From the IMG/VR virus record IMGVR_UViG_3300042691_027609: DNA of 64,000 nucleotides. One strand, written 5' to 3'. Below, one piece after another: positions 58,414 through 64,000 of this stretch; position 1 is the stretch's first letter, and the number at the start of each line of letters is the position of its first letter. This DNA comes from a virus. The notes beneath the pieces were generated by a model. The model did not search any database. It worked only from the letters and a program-made list of their open reading frames with translations, and was not told where the DNA came from. Both the position numbers and the translations under genes were made by a program.

Positions 58414-61400
58414 ATGCCTCTTAAATTAAGAACAGATCAAGCGAATGCGCTCACGTATACAGAATTAGACGGAAATTTTACCTATTTAGATGGGAGGATC
58501 GATACTAATGCAACAAACATTAGCACTAATACGACAAATATTAGTACTAATACAACCAACATTACAAATCTACAAGGGAGTAGAGTCACGACTTCAAGTT
58601 ACAACGCATTTACTGGATCAGTACTAACTACATCTAGCTTTAATACTTTTACGTCATCTGTAATTACAACTAGTTCGTACAACGCTTTCACAAGTTCTGT
58701 TGTTACAACAAGTTCATTTAATACTTTTACTTCGAGTGTAGTAACCACGTCTAGTTTCAATACATTTACATCATCTGTAGTTACAACTTCTAGCTTTAAT
58801 GCTTTTACTGCGTCTGTCATAGTAACGGGAAGCATTTCAGGCATGCAATCAATAACAGGATCTTTAACCATAAGTGGATCAAACTTTTCCGTAATAGGTT
58901 TACAAACAAGTTCTGCTACTGTAACCAATGTTCTCATGCTTAACAGTAATGGACAAGTGTTTGTTACGGCATCTTCTGCAATTGGTGGTGGTAGCAGCAA
59001 TACACCAACATCATTCATAGCAACAGGTAGTGTTACCGCTAGTGTGAATGTAGGAACAGCTGATGTATTTACATTAACATCAGGTAGTACGCCTACAACA
59101 TTAATGACTATTAATAGTAGTGGTACTATTACAGCAAGTGGTCAATTACAATTAGATAGCAATAATATAAAATTAGAAAGTGCAAGTGGAAATAGACAGT
59201 TATCTGTAGTAAATAACTTTGCTATATATAATAGGTTAAATACCCACACTGATAATCCATTATCATCACTAGTATTTGGAAGTAATGCTGTATTATATGC
59301 TACAGCTAGTATAGGTTTAAGAGTTTTAGGAAGTACTAATACAATTACAATAACAGGATCAATAGCTAATCCTCCTACATCATCACTAATATTTGAAGCA
59401 GTAAGAAATGATGGTGTTAAAAGAGCAGAAATCAAAACAGCAGACTGGAATGCGGGTTTCAGTGCACCACCTGTTACTTTATATATCTACCCAGGTAAAG
59501 AAACATTTGGGGATAACCAAGCCAACTTAATATTATCACACGATGGAACGAATAGACGTGGTAATGTTGGTATTGGTACAAGTGCACCATCATATTCATT
59601 ACATATAAATGGATCAAGCGCATCAGGTTCATTAAATGTTAACAATACCCTATACGTTAGTGCAAGTCGTGTCGGTATAGGAACTGAATCACCAACTCAT
59701 GCACTACACATAAGCAGATCGGGAGAAACGAATCTACTAGATGTTAACGATTTGTTTCAGGTAAGATCTACGAGAATTGATTTAGACACTCCTTCAACGT
59801 ATGTAAGTGGTACTCTCTTTTTGGGAGGAGATTCCCCTTCAACAATTCCTATGCGTATAACGCAGAGAAGTAGTGTTTCAACATACTATGGATTGTTGAT
59901 TGGAGCAAATAATGGATATAATGGATCAACGACGAATCAACCATTGCCATTTGGAAATGTGATAGGCTTTGGTAATGAATTATACACGACTGGATCATAT
60001 CAAACTGTTATAGGCACCCAAAATATAGTTACTGGTTCGGCAATTTTTGGGATTGGTCACGTATACATTTTAGGAACCAGTAACAAAATATCTGGCAGTA
60101 ATCGCGATGGAGGAGTTGCACAAAATAGACAAATAATCATAGGGGACTCTAACGTATCTGATGCCTATACCAATACACAAATCAGTCAAATAATTATCGG
60201 AAATAGCAACGAAACAAACGGATACAAGTACAGTACGTTAATAGGATCCAACATAAAACCCTACGGAGATAATCAGTTGATCTTCGGACACAACGCGCCG
60301 CCAATCGATCCAGGAATAAAAGAGGTTTGGTTTGGTCGTGGAGTGATGAACGAAAATAATAATGTAAACTCAGGAAACGGAGCAGGATCGTCAGTGTCCA
60401 TAAATGTATCAAGAGCTTATTCGGGCAGCTCAGCTGGAGGTCCCCAGGAATCTCCTGTATCATCGAGCAAAAACGGAGGTAGTTTAACCTTAAATGGAGG
60501 ACAAGGTACCGGAACAGGATCAGCAGGCGATGTGATAATAGGAACAGCAGTGACCGAATCAGCAAACAACACAACGCATCACACGTTGGTAAACAGAGTT
60601 TGGGTTAAAGGTCACACCGGTAACGTTGGAATAGGGGTACAGAATCCGAACGCAAGACTCGAAGTTAGCGGCAGTGCAATTATATCTGGATCTCTGACTG
60701 TTGTAACTGGAAGTACTGAGTTTCAAGTTTTGGAAACTGGTACAAAAATAGGAAATTCCATAGCTGATCGCCACCAAATGACAGGATCTTTGTCAATGTC
60801 CGGCAGCATAATCGGATCAGCGTCAATAGATTTAGCGATTGGAGCAATAAACGGACAGAGCCCGGGTGGAACTTTTAAAGCGCTTGCTACTTCTTATGGT
60901 AGACCATATGCAACGGCGGTTACTGTAGGGAATTTCACTATGACCGCATACGATAACTCTATAGATTTGGGATCAATCAACGCCGGACTCAAATTACAAA
61001 CAAACGCTGAAAGTTTGACAGGTACTACGATACCATATGTGGAAAGCAAGTTTTTATCGTTCGGTAAACCTCCGGGTCCCGCTAACGTATCAAGGTTGGT
61101 GATAGGCGTTAATGACACAGGAGAGTACACCACAGGTGTAACCTATCCGTCTTCGTCGAACAACTATTTTTATATCAACGCTCAATTGGTCACACCAGAT
61201 CCCACAGACAGCACTAAACCCATTCGTAGACCAATATATTACGGAGCAAGAGACCACAGATTTTACACTGGAGAAACATACACGTTTGCGAATACTCCAT
61301 CTGTAATTATATCGACCTCTCCTTCAGCATCTTTACAAGTGAATGGAAGTACCGTATTATCAGGTAGCGTATCGCAAAGTCTAACGCTATCAGGCACTCC

Positions 61401-61479
61401 AAGTAATACATCCACTCCACAAGGTTGGATACCGATGGAATTAAATGGTTCTCGAGTGTATATACCTTATTATACATAA
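58414..61479 (+). CDS. Fibre-like virion protein (tail/head fibre candidate)
   Basis: LTYTELDGNF N-terminus, TNxxNIS heptads, 13-aa repeats, repeated GNVGIG..P and TGS motifs, C-terminal YIPYY. Confidence 0.75.
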   Translation: MPLKLRTDQANALTYTELDGNFTYLDGRIDTNATNISTNTTNISTNTTNITNLQGSRVTTSSYNAFTGSVLTTSSFNTFTSSVITTSSYNAFTSSVVTTSSFNTFTSSVVTTSSFNTFTSSVVTTSSFNAFTASVIVTGSISGMQSITGSLTISGSNFSVIGLQTSSATVTNVLMLNSNGQVFVTASSAIGGGSSNTPTSFIATGSVTASVNVGTADVFTLTSGSTPTTLMTINSSGTITASGQLQLDSNNIKLESASGNRQLSVVNNFAIYNRLNTHTDNPLSSLVFGSNAVLYATASIGLRVLGSTNTITITGSIANPPTSSLIFEAVRNDGVKRAEIKTADWNAGFSAPPVTLYIYPGKETFGDNQANLILSHDGTNRRGNVGIGTSAPSYSLHINGSSASGSLNVNNTLYVSASRVGIGTESPTHALHISRSGETNLLDVNDLFQVRSTRIDLDTPSTYVSGTLFLGGDSPSTIPMRITQRSSVSTYYGLLIGANNGYNGSTTNQPLPFGNVIGFGNELYTTGSYQTVIGTQNIVTGSAIFGIGHVYILGTSNKISGSNRDGGVAQNRQIIIGDSNVSDAYTNTQISQIIIGNSNETNGYKYSTLIGSNIKPYGDNQLIFGHNAPPIDPGIKEVWFGRGVMNENNNVNSGNGAGSSVSINVSRAYSGSSAGGPQESPVSSSKNGGSLTLNGGQGTGTGSAGDVIIGTAVTESANNTTHHTLVNRVWVKGHTGNVGIGVQNPNARLEVSGSAIISGSLTVVTGSTEFQVLETGTKIGNSIADRHQMTGSLSMSGSIIGSASIDLAIGAINGQSPGGTFKALATSYGRPYATAVTVGNFTMTAYDNSIDLGSINAGLKLQTNAESLTGTTIPYVESKFLSFGKPPGPANVSRLVIGVNDTGEYTTGVTYPSSSNNYFYINAQLVTPDPTDSTKPIRRPIYYGARDHRFYTGETYTFANTPSVIISTSPSASLQVNGSTVLSGSVSQSLTLSGTPSNTSTPQGWIPMELNGSRVYIPYYT
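58582..58815 (+). repeat. Six tandem 39-nt (13-aa) repeats, VxTTSS(F/Y)N(T/A)FTSS
   Basis: Protein-level repeat with synonymous codon divergence. Confidence 0.9.
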
Positions 61480-61541
61480 AAAATAAATTGTAATAATACG
61501 CAGATATTAGTTATATTTATCTTAATTAAAACAGGTTATAT

Positions 61542-61802
61542 ATGGCAGACTTCTCAAAACAGTGGTGCGATCTTAATGATCCAGAAATGCCACACGATTT
61601 CGACATCGAAGAAATAGCAGCAACTCTAAAACCAGACTACTACAAATCTTTTATTTGCGAAGGATTTGGTTTTTTGGCGATCGGTAAAGACGTAGATGAT
61701 AATATCATTCTATTTTTTGACCACGAAAATAAACACTCAAAATATAAAGGGTGGGTAGATTATGTAGAATTTATGTCTGAACAAAAGAAAACATCATTAT
61801 GA
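61542..61802 (+). CDS. Hypothetical protein
   Basis: 86-aa ORF overlapping the uvsE start. Confidence 0.65.
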   Translation: MADFSKQWCDLNDPEMPHDFDIEEIAATLKPDYYKSFICEGFGFLAIGKDVDDNIILFFDHENKHSKYKGWVDYVEFMSEQKKTSL

Positions 61803-62737
61803 TAAATAAAATAGGTTACGCTTGCATCAACATGACGTTGGGCAAATCTGCGACCACAAATCGTGGTATGACGCAGAAAACATTACTTTCAAAAGGAACA
61901 GACTATGTGTCAGAATTGGCACTAAAAAACTGTCAAGACATTATAAAAATACTCGAGTGGAATCTTGCTCACGGTATTAAAATGTTTAGACTATCTTCTT
62001 GTTTAATTCCATGGGGAAATGTAGTAGATATAGACGAACTCAAAGACATAGATCAAATTAAGTCTACTCTCAAAGCGGCGGGTGATTTTGCTCACAAGCA
62101 CGATATTAGAATCACTACGCACCCTGGTCCATTTACTGTCATAGCTTCTCCAAACAAAGCGGTAGTAGAGAATGCGTTTAAAGATTTAGAAATGCACTCC
62201 AAAGTATTTGACATGATGGGATTAAGCAAAACACCATACAACAAAATAAACATACACGTTAACACAACATCTGGAGGAAAGCAGGAGTCAATGCAAAGAT
62301 TCTGCGATGCTTTTCAATTGCTAAGCGAATCAGTAAAATCGAGATTGGTTGTAGAGAACGACGATAAGCCAAAACAATATACAGTAGAAGATCTGATATT
62401 TATATACGAACGCATTGGAATACCTATTACTTTCGATTATTTTCACCACTCTCTCAATCCAGGAAACCTGACGGAAGAACAAGCGCTTAAACTAGCAGCC
62501 ACTACATGGCCAAAGGGTATTACTCAAGCTGTACACTATTCGGAAAGTAAAAGACTTCACGAAAACAATGACAAAGAAAACGCCAGAGCGCATTCAGATT
62601 ACATACACAAGTTACCAGAGTCTTACGGACTTGATATAGACGTTATGACAGAATGCAAGATGAAAGAACTAGCCATACTACCGTACATGAAAACAAACAA
62701 TCCAGCATTATCTAAAACCATATTTGCTAACTCTTAA
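61799..62737 (+). CDS. uvsE: UV damage endonuclease
   Basis: IGYACIN, FRLSS, THPG, NIH, VENDD, FDYFHH, AHSDYI, ECKMKE. Confidence 0.95.
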   Translation: MINKIGYACINMTLGKSATTNRGMTQKTLLSKGTDYVSELALKNCQDIIKILEWNLAHGIKMFRLSSCLIPWGNVVDIDELKDIDQIKSTLKAAGDFAHKHDIRITTHPGPFTVIASPNKAVVENAFKDLEMHSKVFDMMGLSKTPYNKINIHVNTTSGGKQESMQRFCDAFQLLSESVKSRLVVENDDKPKQYTVEDLIFIYERIGIPITFDYFHHSLNPGNLTEEQALKLAATTWPKGITQAVHYSESKRLHENNDKENARAHSDYIHKLPESYGLDIDVMTECKMKELAILPYMKTNNPALSKTIFANS

Positions 62738-62750
62738 AAAAACAAGAAAA

Positions 62751-63290
62751 ATGAAAAAAACAATTCTAGTTTCGCTCATGATTGTGTCAACAATCTGGTC
62801 GAAAGCGCAAAACGGAGGATTCAGCGCAGAAAATCCTGCACTAAAAATTGAATGGACAGGTCAATTGGCCAACCAACTAAACGTAATTACAGTTACAAAT
62901 AAAAAAACGTGCGAAGCGGATATAACGCTGATGTACAACGGAAACAGAACAAAAACAGTACCAGCTTTATCACAAGACACTTTCCACGTGATGCTGTATC
63001 AAACATGCTTGATAAAAGCACGAACAAATTTAACATGTCCTTCGCCAAATTACGGACTAGTAGAGCTGGATCTGTGTAGAATACTTCCTGTTACATTTGA
63101 ATACGTGAAAGCTATATCAATGACAAAAAATGAGATAGACGTAGAATTCAAGATTGCAGAAGTAACAGGTTTCGTAGATAGGTTTAATATACAAATTTCG
63201 ACAGATGGAGTAAACTACAAAACAATCCATGTCATACTGCCTACTCAAGCAAGAGCAAATACTATTTATAACGCAAAAATTAAATTATAA
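62751..63290 (+). CDS. Secreted protein with a Bacteroidota T9SS-cargo-like Ig segment
   Basis: Signal peptide ending SKAQ; ILPVTF...FNIQISTDGVNYKTI. Confidence 0.6.
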   Translation: MKKTILVSLMIVSTIWSKAQNGGFSAENPALKIEWTGQLANQLNVITVTNKKTCEADITLMYNGNRTKTVPALSQDTFHVMLYQTCLIKARTNLTCPSPNYGLVELDLCRILPVTFEYVKAISMTKNEIDVEFKIAEVTGFVDRFNIQISTDGVNYKTIHVILPTQARANTIYNAKIKL

Positions 63291-63457
63291 TGAAAACAAT
63301 ATTATCGATATTATTAGCAATCATGTTTGTTTCATGTTCTAAAACAGAAAACATACAATCAAATCAACAAGAAAAAGTTATGCTTCGAATCGAGGCGGTC
63401 GATGTTGATGGCAACAGAGAATATACAGAAACAATAGTCGTAAATCTTAAAAAATAA
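63290..63457 (+). CDS. Small lipoprotein (absent from the ORF track)
   Basis: MKTILSILLAIMFVSCSK lipobox. Confidence 0.6.
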   Translation: MKTILSILLAIMFVSCSKTENIQSNQQEKVMLRIEAVDVDGNREYTETIVVNLKK

Positions 63458-63460
63458 AAC

Positions 63461-63706
63461 ATGAAAACAGAAACGTACGAAGAGTATCTGAAACTCTTTG
63501 AAGAAAACATGAAGGCCTCAATCGAATCAGTAGAAGATCAATCATCAAAAGAAATATTAGCCGATCTAAAACCGATGACAGAGCCCGAATGGAAAGAAGC
63601 TATCGAAAACGGACTATTCGACCTCGATATGGACGAAGAAGCTCTAATGAAATTATACGAAGACATCGTTAAGATGTATCCATACGAAAACAAAGAGGAT
63701 GAATAG
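63461..63706 (+). CDS. Acidic hypothetical protein
   Basis: 81-aa E-rich ORF. Confidence 0.6.
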   Translation: MKTETYEEYLKLFEENMKASIESVEDQSSKEILADLKPMTEPEWKEAIENGLFDLDMDEEALMKLYEDIVKMYPYENKEDE

Positions 63707-64000
63707 AATAGACACAGAATACCAAGACCTCTTGGCTTACATTCTAGGTAATGGAGTAAATAAGAAAGATAGAACCGGAACGGGTACACTATCAATCTTT
63801 GGGTGGCAGATCAGACACGACATGAAGGAAGGCTTCCCACTCCTAACAACGAAGAAGATGGCTTGGAAGTCAATCGTAACAGAGCTGTTATGGTTTCTAC
63901 GCGGTGATACAAATATCAAATACCTTGTAAATAATGGATGTCATATTTGGGATGGTGATGCGTATAAGAATTACAAACTAAAACATAACTTTCAAATCAA
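63699..64000 (+). CDS. thyA: Canonical thymidylate synthase, 3'-truncated by the window edge (absent from the ORF track)
   Basis: Translated by hand: [12 protein letters not shown]...[12 protein letters not shown]...GFPLLTTKK...[12 protein letters not shown]...IWD. Confidence 0.93.
   Translation, partial: MNRIDTEYQDLLAYILGNGVNKKDRTGTGTLSIFGWQIRHDMKEGFPLLTTKKMAWKSIVTELLWFLRGDTNIKYLVNNGCHIWDGDAYKNYKLKHNFQI

Noticed and set aside
58582-58815. Tandem repeats as a possible CRISPR array
   Set aside because: In-frame coding repeats with synonymous variation and no unique spacers

Overview
This 64 kb window comes from a large, AT-rich dsDNA phage genome (jumbo-phage-like), almost entirely + strand. 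The host is probably Bacteroidota, based on Shine-Dalgarno-free A-rich 'AAAAGTTATG' starts, a T9SS-cargo-like Ig domain and an OMP beta-barrel gene. From left to right it contains: (1) replication and nucleotide genes (DnaB-like helicase 3' end, class II RNR, family A DNA polymerase); (2) Hsp20/GroES/GroEL chaperones; (3) a six-gene nucleotide cluster at 10.2-13.8 kb; (4) an RNA cluster with 5 tRNAs, one aberrant tRNA-like RNA, a tmRNA with a long tag, unexplained structured RNAs and an HNH nuclease; (5) a lysis module with a GH19 endolysin; (6) a ~21 kb glycosylation/NDP-sugar island; (7) a block of small early-type genes bracketed by repeated non-coding elements; (8) a fibre-like protein, UvsE and the 5' end of a canonical thyA. 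The best candidate for an undescribed system is the 10.2-13.8 kb cluster. It combines a thymidylate-synthase paralogue carrying the dCMP-specific Asp, a fold-II PLP enzyme, and a protein that looks like a T4 beta-glucosyltransferase N-terminal domain fused to an SGNH domain, suggesting a non-glucosyl cytosine hypermodification pathway. A second notable pattern is whole ORFs enclosed by complementary RNA flanks. All family assignments come from motif recognition by eye; no database searches were run.
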